DNA of 64,000 nt from Candidatus Latescibacterota bacterium (GCA_965248755.1 OZ252149.1:3744001-3808000); one strand, 5' to 3'; positions 9,027-21,343 are shown, counted from the first letter of the stretch. Numbers and translations: made by a program. Notes: generated by a model from the letters alone, not told the origin.

Positions 9027-12000
9027 ATTAAGGCTGTTCCAGGTTCAGGAGAGTTAAAATCGAAGCTACCGGGGAAGTCTCGTCCCGGACCCGGAGATGC
9101 CTTCAAAAATTTCACACTGGCTTGATCGAAACGGAGCGTTATCTCGCCTGCTATCACGCCTTTGTCGTCCAGACCAACAGCAAAGATAGGGATTATGGCC
9201 TGTCCTCCGGGACCTGCGATCTCCTCGCCTGCTCCCAAGGTCACAAAGTTAGACGGGTCGGCTGTCGCAAACGAGGCGGCGCTGTCTGCAAGGCTCTTCG
9301 CGCCGAGGTTGTCCTCCGCTTCGATGTTCACAAGGAACTGTCGGGGACGATCGGCGGGAGTAGGCCATGGAGCGCTGCCCCAGAGTATATCACCCGGATC
9401 TCCGTCGAAATGCGCCCCATCGTTGAAGAGGGGGACAAGCGCAGGAACAAAGGTCGCATCGGTCGGATCCCACACCATCGCCTCGACCGCGGCCACTCCG
9501 TCTGGATCGGTTACCTCAGCGAATATCCGCACAGGTTCGCCGACTGGAACGACACTTCGGGAGACTGCTACGTTGGCTATTTCAGGCCCAGCAGGAGCCA
9601 GAGCCGGAACGCCCCTGCCCATCAGAGGAACTCGCAAGGAGGGAGTATCCGGGTCGTTGCTGTTGATTATCAGTGTGTCGTAGGATACCGCCACAGACCC
9701 AGGCTCAAACCTGACCTCTATCTTGGTCATCCCAGCAGGACCAATCCTAGCCGGTCCTATCAAGGACGCACCAAACGGCAGAGCAGTCGGAGCCAGAGAA
9801 ATACCACTTATTTCCAGCGTATCGTTACCTGTATTGTTCACCATCAGGGAGTCAATCTTGAAAGCGCCCGCTTCGACAGTACCGAAGTCATGAGAAGGCG
9901 GAGTCACAACTATATTGGGCCCGGCAGGAGGAGTCACCTGAGGCCCCACCTTACGTATCCGGTCATTGGCAAAATCCGCAATATAGATAATCCCCGATCC
10001 ATCCACAAATACGCCACTAGGTAATTTCAAAGTCGCATCGGTAGCTAGACCGTCATCACCGGAAAATCCTCCGCCGCTGAAACCAGTAGCCCCACTTCCT
10101 GCCACGGTGGAGATGATGCCAGACGTATTATCCACCTTACGTATCCGATGATTGACCTGATCCGCAATATAGATATTGCCCAATCCATCCACGGATACGT
10201 CCTGAGGAGAATCCAAACTCGCAAGGGTAGCTAAACCATCATCACCGGAAAATGCTTGGGTGCCATTTCCTGCCACGGTGGAGATGATGCCCGATGTATC
10301 AACCTTACGTATCCGCTGGTTGAAAGAATCCGCAATATAGATAACCCCCGATGTATCCACGAATACGCCCATAGGCTGATTCAAACTCGCATCGGTAGCT
10401 TGACCACCATCGCCTATACCACTGGCAGGGAATCCACCTCCTGCCACTGTGGTGATGATGCCAGACGTATCCACCTTACGTATCCGATTATTGTTCATAT
10501 CCGCAATATAGATAATCCCTGATCCATCCACGAATACGCCCCAAGGGTGATTCAAACTCGCAACGGTAGCTTGACCGTCATCACCGGAAAATCCCCCGCC
10601 GCTGAAACCAATAGCCCCACTTCCCGCCACGGTGGTGAGGATGCCCGATTGATCAACCTTACGTATCCGGTGATTGATACGATCCGCAATATAGATAACC
10701 CCCAATCCATCCACGAATACGTCATGGGGCTGATTCAAACTCGCATCGGTAGCTTGACCACCATCACCGGAAAACCTTCCGAGCCCAGTAAGTGGATCCG
10801 TGAACCCATCTCCTGCCACGGTGGTGATGACGCCCGATTGATTCACCTTACGTATCCGCTGATTGTTCCTATCCGCGATATAGATATTACCTGATACATC
10901 CGTGAATACACCAACAGGCAAACCCAATCTCGCCTCGGTAGCTGGACCACCGTCACCTATATCAGGGAAAGTGAATCCACCTCCTGCCACGGTGGTAATG
11001 ATGCCCGGTGTGGGTGGAGGCGCAACATTAACGCCTTCTCCGGTCAGAGGGACTTCAAACACTGGGGTGTCAGGGTCGTTGCTGCTGATCCTCACAGTAT
11101 CGCTGACAGCTCCCACAGAAGCGGGTTGAAACTGAACAATAATTTTGGATAATCCGCCCGGAGGGATACTGTCAGGGTATGTGCCAAGCAAAGACACATT
11201 GAACGGCGGCCCTCCGTAGGTCGCCTGGGAGATAACAAGCGTATCCGTCCCGGTATTGCTCACCATCAAAGTATCTGATTTGGAAGCGCCCACGTCCACA
11301 GTACCGAAGTTCACAGAATCCGGATTCACAGCTATATTGGGCGTATCCTGTTGTGCAGCAATACCAACACCTGCTAAATTTACAAACAGAGTGTCGTCAG
11401 CGGCGTCTGGATCGTTGCTGGGTATGAGCAAAGTGGCATTCTTGGGCCCCGGAGCGCCAGGACTGAAAATCGCAACCACACTGATGTTACCACCTGGGAC
11501 AATAGCCGTACCGGAAAGATTGCCAAGAATAGGGTTAAAGCTGAAAGCAAGCGGATTGGGGCCGGTCTTGGAGACAGTTCCCAAGCGCAAAGTGTCATTG
11601 CCGGTATTTGTGATCGTCAGTGAATCTTGTCTCAATCCCCCGACTACGACAGTATCAAAACCGATAGAAACGGGATCAACAACTATATTGGCCGCAGGAG
11701 GAGGTGCAGCAGGCCCCACCTTACGTATCCGGTTATTGCCCCGATCCGCAATATAGATACTCCCCGATCCATCCACGAATACGCCAGAAGGAGTTCTCAT
11801 AGTCGCCTCGGTAGCTGGACCATCATCACCGGAAAAACTTCCGTTGTTAAGACCAGGAGTCCCACTTCCTGCCACGGTGAAGATGATGCCCGACGTATCC
11901 ACCATACGTATCCGATTACTGTACTGTTCCGCAATATAGATATTGCCCAATCCATCCCCAGATACGCCAATAGGATGATCCAATCTCGCCTCTGTAGCTA

Positions 12001-14569
12001 GACCTCCATCACCGGAAAATCCTCCGTTGGCATTACCAGTACCCCCACTTCCCGCCACGGTGGTGATGACGCCCAACGTATCCACCTTACGTATCCGGTG
12101 ATTGAAATAATCCGCAATATAGATTGACCCTGGTCCATCCACGAATACGCCAGAAGGGTAGAACAAACTCGCACTGGTAGCTTGACCATCATCACCGGAA
12201 AAAGCAGTTTGCCCATTTCCTGCCACGGTGGTGATGACGCCCAACGTATCCACCTTACGTATCCGACCACCGAGCTGTTCCGCAATATAGATATTTCCCG
12301 ATCCATGCACGAATACGTCAAAAGGACGAAACAAACCCGCACTGGTAGCTGGACCGTTATCACCGGAAGATGTCTGGGTGCCATTTCCTGCCACGGTGGT
12401 GATGACGCCCAGCGTATCAATCTTACGTACCCGTTCATTTAGCCTATCCGCGATATAGATAACCCCTGATCCATCCACGAATACGCCTTCAGGCTGAAAC
12501 AAACTCGCACTGGTAGCTTGACCATCATCACCGGAATATGCACCAGTGCCATTTCCCGCCACTGTGGAGATGTTGCCCGATGTATCCACTTTACGTATCC
12601 GATTATTGTTCCTATCCGAGATATAGATATTACCCGCTCCATCCGCGAATACTCCTCCAGGAGCACCCAAACTCGCGTCGGTAGCTTGACCTCCATCACC
12701 TAAGCCATCGGGTGGAGTTCCACCTCCTGCCACGGTATTGATGGGGCCAGGTGCGGGTGGAGGCGCAACGCCCTCTCCGGCCAGAGGAACTTCAAAGACT
12801 GGAGTGTCGGGGTCGTTGCTGTTGATCCTCACAGTATCGCTAACTGCTCCTGCAGAACTGGGTTGAAACTGAACAATAATTTTGGATAATCCGCCCGGGG
12901 GGATGCTGTGAGGGTATGTGCCCAGCAAAGATACATTAAACGGCGGCCCTCCGTAGGTCGCCTGGGAGAGAACAAGCGTATCTGTCCCGACATTGCTCAC
13001 CATCAGAGTATCCGACTTAGAACCGTCCACTTGCACAGTACCGAAGTCCACAGAATCCGGATTTACAGCTATGTTGGGCACAGGTGGCGCAACTGCAACA
13101 CCTGTGAGAGCCACAGACACGGTATCCTGAGCGGCGTCTGGATCGTTGCTCGGAATGACTAAAGTGGCGCTCTTAGACCCAACAGCGCCAGGACTGAAAT
13201 TCGCAATAACCTTGATATTACCACCTGGGACAATAGCCGTACCGGAAAGATTGGCAAGAATAGGATTAAAGCTGAAAGCAGCTATATTAGGACCGGTCTT
13301 GGATACAGTTCCCAAACGCAACGTGTCATTGCCGGTATTTGAGATAGTCAGTGAATCTTGTCTCAGCCCTCCTACCAGCAGGGTATCAAAATCGATAGAA
13401 ACAGGATCCAGAGCTATATTGGGTGCAGGAGGAGGCGCAGCAGGCCCCTCCACCTTACGTATCCGGTTATTGCTATTATCCGCAATATAGATATTGCCCG
13501 ATACATCCACGAATACGTCACGAGGGCCATTCAAGCTCGCACTGGTAGCTGCACTACCATCACCGGAAAATCCAGCAATACCATCTCCTGCCACGGTATT
13601 GATGTTGCCCGATGTATCCACCTTACGTATCACGTGATTGGAAAGATCCGCAATATAGATATTGCCCGATCCGTCCACGGATACGCCAAAAGGATTATTC
13701 AAGCTCGCACTGGTAGCTGGACCACCATCACCGGAAAATCCAGCAGTGTCATTCCCTGCCACGGTGGAGATGATGCCCGACGTATCCACCTTACGTATCC
13801 GGTGATTCCCTTGATCCCCAATATAGATATTGCCAGATCCATCCACGAATACGCTAAAAGGATTATTCAAGCTCGCACTGGTAGCTGGGCCATCATCACC
13901 GGAAAATCCAGGAGTGCCATTCCCTGCCACGGTGGTGATAGTGTCTGCTGACGTATCCACCTTACGTATCCGCTGATTGCTCGTATCCGCAATATAGATA
14001 TTGCCAGATCCATCCACGAATACGCCCCTAGGAAAATTCAAACTCGCACTGGTAGCTGGACCACCATCACCGGAAAATGTCTTGGTGCCATTTCCCACCA
14101 CCGTGGAGATGTTGCCCGACGTATCCACCTTACGTATCCGTGCATTGTCCCTGTCCGCAATATAGATATTGCCCTCAGCATCCACGAATACGCCCTCAGG
14201 AAGTTTCAATCTCGCACTGGTAGCTGCAAGACCATCACCGGAAAATCCACCGTTGGCAGCACCAGTAGGTCCACTACCTGCCACGGTGGTGATAGTGTCT
14301 GTTGACGTATCCACCTTACGTATCCGGTGATTGACATGATCCACAATATAGATATTGCCCGATCCATCCACGAATACGCCACGAGGCTGATTGAAACTCG
14401 CATTGGTAGCTGGACCACCATCACCAGTAGATCCAGCAGTTCCATTTCCCGCCACGGTGGAGATGTCGCCTGGTGCAGCAACAACTGAAGAGACAAATCC
14501 AAACATCCAAAAGCCCAATACCAACATACCAGTCAGAATCTGTTTGACGTGATCTCTTTTCACGTTCAT
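9027..14569 (-). pseudogene. N-terminal part of a giant secreted protein (about 2219 aa reconstructed): three NHL-repeat beta-propeller blocks, five Ig/ASH domains, cohesin
   Basis: Signal peptide; repeated P.GVFVDGSGNIYIAD..N.RIRKVD..G.ITTVAG; IPSNDPD-type Ig domains. 9032-14569 plus 1869-2990 gives 6660 nt in one frame. Confidence 0.88.
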
Positions 14570-14711
14570 TTATACTATCCCCCTGCGTTGAAATGTGTTG
14601 TGATGAGTTTTGAGAACTCGAACAATATCTCGTGTTTCGATAGGGGCGAGGTAAGCTTGCCCCTAAATTTATTAGTGTTGAATGAAGATAACTAAATCTT
14701 AGTGTCTTTAC

Positions 14712-14756
14712 TGTGACACAAGTTACAAGTATAAGGAAAAATAAGAGGATTGTCAA
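14712..14756 (-). promoter_or_regulatory. Sigma70-type promoter with adjoining palindromic operator
   Basis: Minus strand TTGACA-17 nt-TATACT followed by TGTAA-cttgtg-TCACA. Confidence 0.7.
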
Positions 14757-14786
14757 TAAAAAGATGCAGTGTCAACAAGAACCTTC

Positions 14787-15845
14787 TCACATCTCCTCCA
14801 ACTTCAGCCGTGGGTCTGCGCTGAGGTCGAGGCCGGATGTCTGTCCTTCTTGGAATCTGAATGCCCCTGCTGCTGCTATCATTGCGGCGTTGTCCGTGCA
14901 GAGGGACGGGGGAGGATACAAAACGCGGATGTTGTGTTCTGCGGCTCTTTGGCTCATCAGTTCTCTGAGGCGATAGTTGGCGGCGACTCCACCTACGACA
15001 GCTACTCTGTCTATGTTCAGAGCGCAGGCGGCGGAGATGGTCTTAGCGACTAAGACGTCCGCTACGGCCTCCTGGAAGCTTGCGGTGATGTCGGAGAGTT
15101 GTTCCTGTATCTGGAATGCGGACAGTTTACGGAGGTATCTCAAAACAGCAGTTTTAAGCCCGCTGAAGCTGAACTCGTAGCCATCTTCGTGGATCATCCC
15201 TCTGGGGAAGTGGATGGCTTCTGGATCGCCAGTCTTCGACAGGTCGGAGATGATGGGTCCTCCCATTACGGGACCTTCAGGTGGGATGAGGTCGAGGATC
15301 TTTGCGACTTTATCGAAGGCCTCTCCTGCGGCGTCGTCTCTGGTGGAGCCTATGACATGATATGTTCCAAGTTCGGGCACGGATACTATCTGTGTGTGTC
15401 CGCCTGAGACGATGAGGCACAGAAGTGGTGAGACCAACCCGTGTGAAGACCCAAGGTGGTGCGACCACACCGTGTCATCGTCACTCATCAGGACTGAGAA
15501 GATGTGCCCTTCCAGGTGATGTATGCCTATGAAGGGAACGCCGAGGGCAAGGGATATGCCCTTTGCCGCGGATACTCCGATGTGGAGACAGCCTGCAAGG
15601 CCAGGTCCCCGGGTTACAGCGATGAGGTCTATGTCTTCGAGCTTTAGTTCGGCTTCTGTAAGGGCTGCGTCTATGGCGGGAAGGAGCTTTCTTATGTGCG
15701 CTCTGGATGCAAGTTCGGGAACGACGCCTCCGTACTTTGCGTGCTCGTACTGAGACATGACGATGTTGGAGAGGATTTGTCTATCTTCGCTGAGAACCGC
15801 CGCTGACGTCTCATCGCACGATGTCTCTATGCCCAGTGTAAGCAC
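14787..15845 (-). CDS. tsaD: tRNA N6-threonylcarbamoyltransferase TsaD
   Basis: LGIETSCDET, GGVVPELASRAH, HHLEGH, VSGGHT, DDAAGEAFDK, FSFSGLKT and CTDNAAMIA motifs. Confidence 0.97.
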   Translation of the reverse strand: MLTLGIETSCDETSAAVLSEDRQILSNIVMSQYEHAKYGGVVPELASRAHIRKLLPAIDAALTEAELKLEDIDLIAVTRGPGLAGCLHIGVSAAKGISLALGVPFIGIHHLEGHIFSVLMSDDDTVWSHHLGSSHGLVSPLLCLIVSGGHTQIVSVPELGTYHVIGSTRDDAAGEAFDKVAKILDLIPPEGPVMGGPIISDLSKTGDPEAIHFPRGMIHEDGYEFSFSGLKTAVLRYLRKLSAFQIQEQLSDITASFQEAVADVLVAKTISAACALNIDRVAVVGGVAANYRLRELMSQRAAEHNIRVLYPPPSLCTDNAAMIAAAGAFRFQEGQTSGLDLSADPRLKLEEM

Positions 15846-15849
15846 TTTT

Positions 15850-16860
15850 CTATTTCTGATCGCTGATCTCTGTGATATTAAAAGTCTTGGGGCTGATATC
15901 TATCGCTTCTACGTCGCGGGGCAGTGAAATCTCGGCTGTGAGTTCTGCTCCTTCCGTCTCCTTCCATTTTCTGTAGTCCACGGAGGCCTTGAAGTCCTTT
16001 GGGCGCAAAAGCTCGATGTAATCCGCGCCGCCTCTGATTCTCATGTTGAGCATTGAGGGATCTGCTATGGCTCCTATAACCTTCCTTCGGCGGGGGATAT
16101 TTACAACATCGACCGCGATACCTGGTATCTCCCTTTCTCCTATAATCTGTATATCCGCTAAGAAGTTCACCTGGGAGGGAGATAAAACGATGTTTACTCC
16201 CTCAGGGGCATCAACGGGCAACTGGATGTCTATATCGTCCTGGACGTCCTTAAATTCTCTGGGAGTCAGTGTCACAGAGTTGAGGGGTAAGATGTATCTT
16301 TCGGGACCTGAGACCTTGATCTTTAGCGGATCTATGATTATGTCCCCGACCTGTAAATAGCCGTCGGCTGTCTCTATGCGTGTCTGATGTTTAAGGGGAA
16401 GTTCTACGGTCATTAACCTATCGAGTTCTATTTCGACTATCCTTGGGTCTATGATCTGTTGGACATCTATGGGGAATTTCGATTCGGTGGGCGTAAGTAT
16501 CTTTACATCTGATTTGGAGAGACTATACGTTTTTGTCTTTTCTTTGGCGGTGGGTGCCTGAAGTATGACTCTTATATCGCGTGAGCCCATGCCGAAGAGG
16601 AATAACTTACCCGGTCCTTTGACAGTGATGTCTATCTCGGAAGGGAGTCGGTTGGCTACGAGCCAGTCTTCGGGGATCTCCTCAACGTGGAGGGGAACCC
16701 CGATGGTGTAGTCGTATTCGTTCTCGGTGACCACGTGGAGCCAGATCAGAACTGCAATAAGCAGAGCGCCGATTCCGGCACTTGGATTGCCGAGTATAGA
16801 GCCTTCAGCCATCTTTTGATTTGGAGGACAAGATTCAAAATGGCGGAGGAGAACCGCCAC
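15850..16860 (-). CDS. YbbR/CdaR-like membrane-anchored protein (true start possibly at MAEGS)
   Basis: N-terminal TM ALLIAVLIWLHV followed by repeated beta domains with P..I.V.GP motifs. Confidence 0.7.
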   Translation of the reverse strand: MAVLLRHFESCPPNQKMAEGSILGNPSAGIGALLIAVLIWLHVVTENEYDYTIGVPLHVEEIPEDWLVANRLPSEIDITVKGPGKLFLFGMGSRDIRVILQAPTAKEKTKTYSLSKSDVKILTPTESKFPIDVQQIIDPRIVEIELDRLMTVELPLKHQTRIETADGYLQVGDIIIDPLKIKVSGPERYILPLNSVTLTPREFKDVQDDIDIQLPVDAPEGVNIVLSPSQVNFLADIQIIGEREIPGIAVDVVNIPRRRKVIGAIADPSMLNMRIRGGADYIELLRPKDFKASVDYRKWKETEGAELTAEISLPRDVEAIDISPKTFNITEISDQK

Positions 16861-16943
16861 AGTCTATTTCTGCTACCTTCCCGGATTAAACTTGATGATT
16901 TTGCAAGCTACTTTGCATATCTAAAACGGCATCCGGTATCGCA

Positions 16944-17135
16944 CTATTTGTACGATTCAGTTATCACTCTTCCTATGCTAATTTCACCGTTATCGATTCT
17001 CAGGTTGAATCCGCACTTAGGATTGCTGCAGACCCAAGCCTTGTACATAATGGATGAACCCTCTCTACCGTAGTCCGACAGGGGTAGCAATACACCGTCT
17101 GAGCATTTATGACACACAGGGAAAGCTTCTTCCAT
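16944..17135 (-). CDS. Small zinc-ribbon protein
   Basis: CHKC...CSNPKC cysteine pairs; strong RBS upstream. Confidence 0.7.
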   Translation of the reverse strand: MEEAFPVCHKCSDGVLLPLSDYGREGSSIMYKAWVCSNPKCGFNLRIDNGEISIGRVITESYK

Positions 17136-17171
17136 AACCTTTCCTCCCCTCCCTTCTATAATGTATTTTCA

Positions 17172-17223
17172 GTCGATTTTTGACGGGGCTTCAGGCCGTC
17201 GATTTTTGACGGGGCTTCTGCCC
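17172..17223. repeat. 26-bp tandem duplication
   Basis: gtcgatttttgacggggcttc occurs at 17172 and 17198. Confidence 0.8.
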
Positions 17224-17311
17224 GTTAGAAGCATCTTTAACGATTACTCCTCCTCCACCCTCCTTGCAAGTAGACAGTAGTAAGTAGACTGGGGGTAGCC
17301 TCTCAGCCCTT

Positions 17312-17364
17312 GAGATTGCTTCCCCCGACCTCCAATAGAGTCAAACGGGGGAGCTCGTAATGAC
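17312..17364. repeat. GTCATTGCGAG...GAAGCAATCTC-type REP-like repeat family; relatives near 18394-18535, 26625-26693 and 35539-35680
   Basis: Recurring gagattgcttc...ctcg(c/t)aatgac units in inverted pairs in intergenic regions. Confidence 0.65.
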
Positions 17365-17479
17365 GCAGAGGAGTCTCGTAATGACGTTGTGCAGCTCGGG
17401 CATTGCGAGTGGGTGAAATCCCCTGAAGTAATCTCCCTGTATGCTGTCCACTTGTTTATGCTGTCTATCTCAAACAGAT

Positions 17480-18190
17480 TTATAGTTTCTGTGCTAACTG
17501 TTCCCCCTCTGTTTCCTCCTTTCCCTTTAGCGATCTGTCTTTGAATTTGGCTACTTCGATGTCCGCTAACCTGGTGGGTTCAGGTAGTCGGTAGCGGCTA
17601 CAGCACTCTAAGACGATCTTTACTGCCGATTCAATGTCTATAAGGTGTCCGGGCGATACAAAGACCGGATTTACCGCATCTTTGGTTCTGAGGACGGCCC
17701 CGATCCTCTCTTCTCCGCTGAGCAGATAGGAATGGGATCCTCTTTGGACGCCCGGTTCTTCATAATCTCCTACAAGTTTGGATTTGGCGCATCCTATAGA
17801 GGGCCTGTTCAATAGGAGTCCCATGTGGGATGCCAGTCCACATCCTCTGGGATGGGCGATGCCCTGTCCATCAAATATTATGACGTCCGGTTCGCACCCT
17901 AAATTGTCGAAGGCCTTCAAAAGAGCCGGTCCTTCTCTAAAGGAGAGCAGCCCTGGGACGTACGGAAACGAAAGTGGCGCCGAGGCCGATTGAATCTCTA
18001 TTACTTCTGAAGAATCAAAATCCAAAACGACGACTGTGGCGAAGACTTTGCCGTCATCTTGGCAAAAGGCCACATCCGCTCCGGCCACTGCCTCTATGTT
18101 ATCTCGAAGATCGAATCGGAGCGTCAACTGCTCTTTGAGCCTCTTCTGAATCTGGAAGGCTTCCCCTGGCTCAACGTCCCACGAGTGCAT
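17480..18190 (-). CDS. nfi: Endonuclease V
   Basis: AGADVAF, FPYVPGLLSFREGP, DGQGIAHPR, IGCAKS and YRLPEPTRLAD motifs. Confidence 0.96.
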   Translation of the reverse strand: MHSWDVEPGEAFQIQKRLKEQLTLRFDLRDNIEAVAGADVAFCQDDGKVFATVVVLDFDSSEVIEIQSASAPLSFPYVPGLLSFREGPALLKAFDNLGCEPDVIIFDGQGIAHPRGCGLASHMGLLLNRPSIGCAKSKLVGDYEEPGVQRGSHSYLLSGEERIGAVLRTKDAVNPVFVSPGHLIDIESAVKIVLECCSRYRLPEPTRLADIEVAKFKDRSLKGKEETEGEQLAQKL

Positions 18191-18412
18191 AACGCGGGCT
18201 TTCAGATCACCGTCTCCTTAAGCGAAAGTGGCGCGATCACTCCGTGTCAAAACTGCTGGATCTGCTCCGCTTCTAAGGGATACTTTAGCTGCTTTGTAGA
18301 ACATTAGGAAATATTAATGGAAAAGTCAAGGAAAATCTACGGGATAAGCAAGTAGAAACTGGTCGGCAGACAGGGCACCGCCTCCCATCCCAGGAGATTG
18401 CTTCCCCCCGAC

Positions 18413-18433
18413 CCCCGATTGACTCTATCGGGG
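18413..18433. repeat. 21-nt dispersed palindrome, consensus CCCCGATTGA(C/G)TCTATCGGGG (representative copy)
   Basis: Copies at 17330, 18413, 18494, 23091, 26446, 26638, 31945, 35562 and 52861, plus a shorter variant at 33316. Confidence 0.85.
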
Positions 18434-18557
18434 GTTCAATCGCTGGCGCTGGGAATGACGTTGTCCATCTTGGTCATTGCGAGGGAGGCCTGCCCCCGAA
18501 TGATTCTATCGGGGGTCATCCCGAAACAATCTCCCTGTATGCTGTCCAGTATTTTTC

Positions 18558-18586
18558 TTGACAAGCCTCACTGTCGGTAGTATCTT
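18558..18586 (+). promoter_or_regulatory. Sigma70-type promoter
   Basis: TTGACA-17 nt-TATCTT upstream of the cohesin gene at 18629; lacks the TGTGA operator. Confidence 0.55.
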
Positions 18587-18628
18587 TTTGTGGATTAGGG
18601 TTTTAGGTCAATCAGGAATTCCTTAAGC

Positions 18629-19427
18629 TTGGAAGAAAAGATGCATATGATGCATATACTGAGGACATTGACATTTGTCGCTTTGATGTGCGGGATTGCA
18701 TCTCTATCCTGGGGCCAATCCGTGACGCTCAGGGTCGAAGACGCAGTCATAGACGAAGGAACTGCATCTGTCTCTGTGCCGATCTTCTTCGACACTAGCG
18801 ACCTGAGACCTATACGGAGCATGCAGATACAGCTTCTGTTCGATACGGATGATCTTCTGTTTAAGAGGGCAAATAAGGTGTCGAGCCGTCTGAACAGATT
18901 CGTGGTGAGGGCGGACGCGGAGATCCTGAAAGCCCAGACGGGAACCTTTGGATTGGATATAGATATTTTTGCCATCGGGGGACGTACGATCCCTGCCGGG
19001 GCGGATATTATCCTTACTCTGGACTTTGATATAATTGAAGGGGCTACATTACCCTCACAACTAACCTTTCTACCGTTCGATGGTGTGTGTAGCACTAGGC
19101 ACAAAAGGGGTTATCGATGCCGACAGCGGATTTCCAGATGACCAGCATCCGCTGATTCTTGAGAATGGCAACATCGTAATAGTAGTAAAAAAGCTTATAG
19201 GTGACATCAGCAGAAACGTCAAGGTTAGTTCTTTCGACGCTTCTTTAGCACTAATGTATTCGGTCGGAATCAGGAACATAATACGCGAGTTCTTTGACGG
19301 GAATATAGGACTATTCCTTGATATCTCCGATGTGACTCGCAATGGGGAAGTGACATCTATGGATGCCGTTCGAATTTTGCAATTTGTAGTTGGGAATATC
19401 CCAGGACTCCCGTTCCAAGAAAACTGA
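18629..19427 (+). pseudogene. Small secreted cohesin-dockerin protein, frameshifted near 19085
   Basis: Signal peptide and cohesin-like domain near-identical to that of the next gene; GTGT expansion near 19085; dockerin GDISRNVKVSSFDA...DVTRNGEVTSMDA. Confidence 0.75.
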
Positions 19428-21343
19428 TCAAGGGAAAATACTTATGACATCGCATACACCGGATCATAGGTTCAAAAGTTTGATAACGGTGGTTTTGGTT
19501 CTCGCAAGTGCCGTCTTGGGGATTGCATCTCTATCCTGGGGCCAGGCTGTGACGCTCAGGGTCGAAGACGTGGTCATAGATGAAGGAGCTACGTCTGTCT
19601 CTGTGCCGATCTTTTTCGATAATAGCGACCTGGGACCTATACGAAGTATGCAGATACAGCTTCTGTTCGATACGGATGATCTTCTGTTTAAGAGGGCAAA
19701 TAAGGTGTCGAGCCGTCTGAACAGATTCGTGGTGAGGGCGGACGCGGAGATCCTGAAAGCCCAGACGGGAACCTTTGGATTGGATATAGATATTTTTGCC
19801 ATCGGGGGACGTACGATCCCTGCCGGGGCGGATATTATCATTTCTCTGGACTTCGATATAATTGAAGGGGCGACATTACCTTCCCAGCTATCCTTTCTGC
19901 CGTTCGATGGTGTGGCTTCAGGCACAAAAGGGGTTATCGATGCCGACAGTGGATTCCCGAACGACCAGCACCCGATGATTCTTGAGGATGGGGCGATAAA
20001 GTTGAACGCTCCGGCTATCGGTGTAAGCGCTGATTTTCTGGATTTCGGTGACGTTGTTGTGGGAAGTAAAAAGAGTAAGACTCTGAGGATATACAGCATC
20101 GGTGCGTTGGACCTATCCCTGGGGGAGATTTCTGTTTCAGGGGACGCTTTTTTGGCTTCTGGAGGGAATGTCCTGGTGGCTGTGGGCGACAGTTCGGATG
20201 TGATCGTTGAGTTTGAACCGCCCAGCGTGGGCGCCTCTTCGGGAAGTCTGACTATTGTGAGCGACGCCGTTAACGATCCCAATCTGGTTGTCGCTTTAAG
20301 GGGCGAGGGCGTCGGTGCGGATATTGACGCTGCCCCCGATTCCCTGGATTTTGGCAGTGTCCCAGTCTTGGATAGCCTGCATATGGTTTTAGCGGTCAGG
20401 AATACAGGCATCGGTATGGATCTCGTCTTGAATAGTGTTAGTGTGTCGGGTCCCGGGTTTGAGCTGACCTCTGTTTCGAGTAGTGTTGTAGCTGCGGGGG
20501 ACAGCAGCCAGATTGTGGTCAGGTTTAGGCCCGATTCTTTAGGGACTGCGTCAGGTGTCCTGAGTATTGAGAGTAATGACCAGGATGAGCCGAGCCTGAT
20601 TATCTCTCTGAAAGGTAGGGGGACCGGCGAACCGGATGTGTCTCTCTTCCCGGATTCTCTGAATTTCGAGGGTATAAGTGTGAAGGATTCTACGTTGGAT
20701 ACGTTGTTTATAAGGAATAAGGGAAACGTGGAGTTGAAGGTGGATACGGTGGGAATGTCGAGCGGAGATAGTTCCTTCAGCGTATCTGAACTTGTGTTTC
20801 CTGTGATTGTGGACACCGCGGATAGCCTTTCGGTTATTGTGTATTTTTCGCCGCAGGCCGCAGGCAGCTTTTTAGATAGTCTCTTTGTCATAAGTGGCGA
20901 TCCTGACAGCGACACTCTATGGGTTATGGTTTCCGGCGTGGGATTGATTATCTCAAGCATTTCTCTGTCACAGGAGACGATAGATTTTGGTAATGTGCCT
21001 TTCGGCAGAGCTGAGGAGAGGTCGCTGGGCATAAGGAATGTGGGATCCAACGTGCTGAGCCTGGATATTTCCCATATGACGGGTCCATTTGAGGTGGTCT
21101 CTCCCGTATTTCCGCAGACTCTGAACGCGGATGTAAGGATTTTAGCGACGATAAGGTTCGAGCCTTCAAATTTGGGGATTGTCACAGGAAGCTTGGGCCT
21201 GGAGACCGATGATCCTGATCAGAGTCCTGTAGAGATAAGATTGAGGGGGAGAGGAATCGAGTCTGCTCCTACGGTCATATCCTCTTTTGGGGACTTCGAT
21301 TATGACTGCGACATAGACCTTGAGGATTTTGTCTTCTTCTTAG

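Noticed and set aside
9950..14470. CRISPR-like regular repeats (ccttacgtatccg, aatatagat)
   Set aside because: They are in-frame NHL coding repeats with no unique spacers, and no cas genes are present.
18692..19993. Diversity-generating retroelement template/variable repeat pair
   Set aside because: Differences are not adenine-specific and no reverse transcriptase is encoded in the window.
19464..21185. 573-aa antisense ORF and many similar shadow ORFs opposite the giant genes
   Set aside because: Antisense shadows of biased codon usage, with no recognisable motifs.
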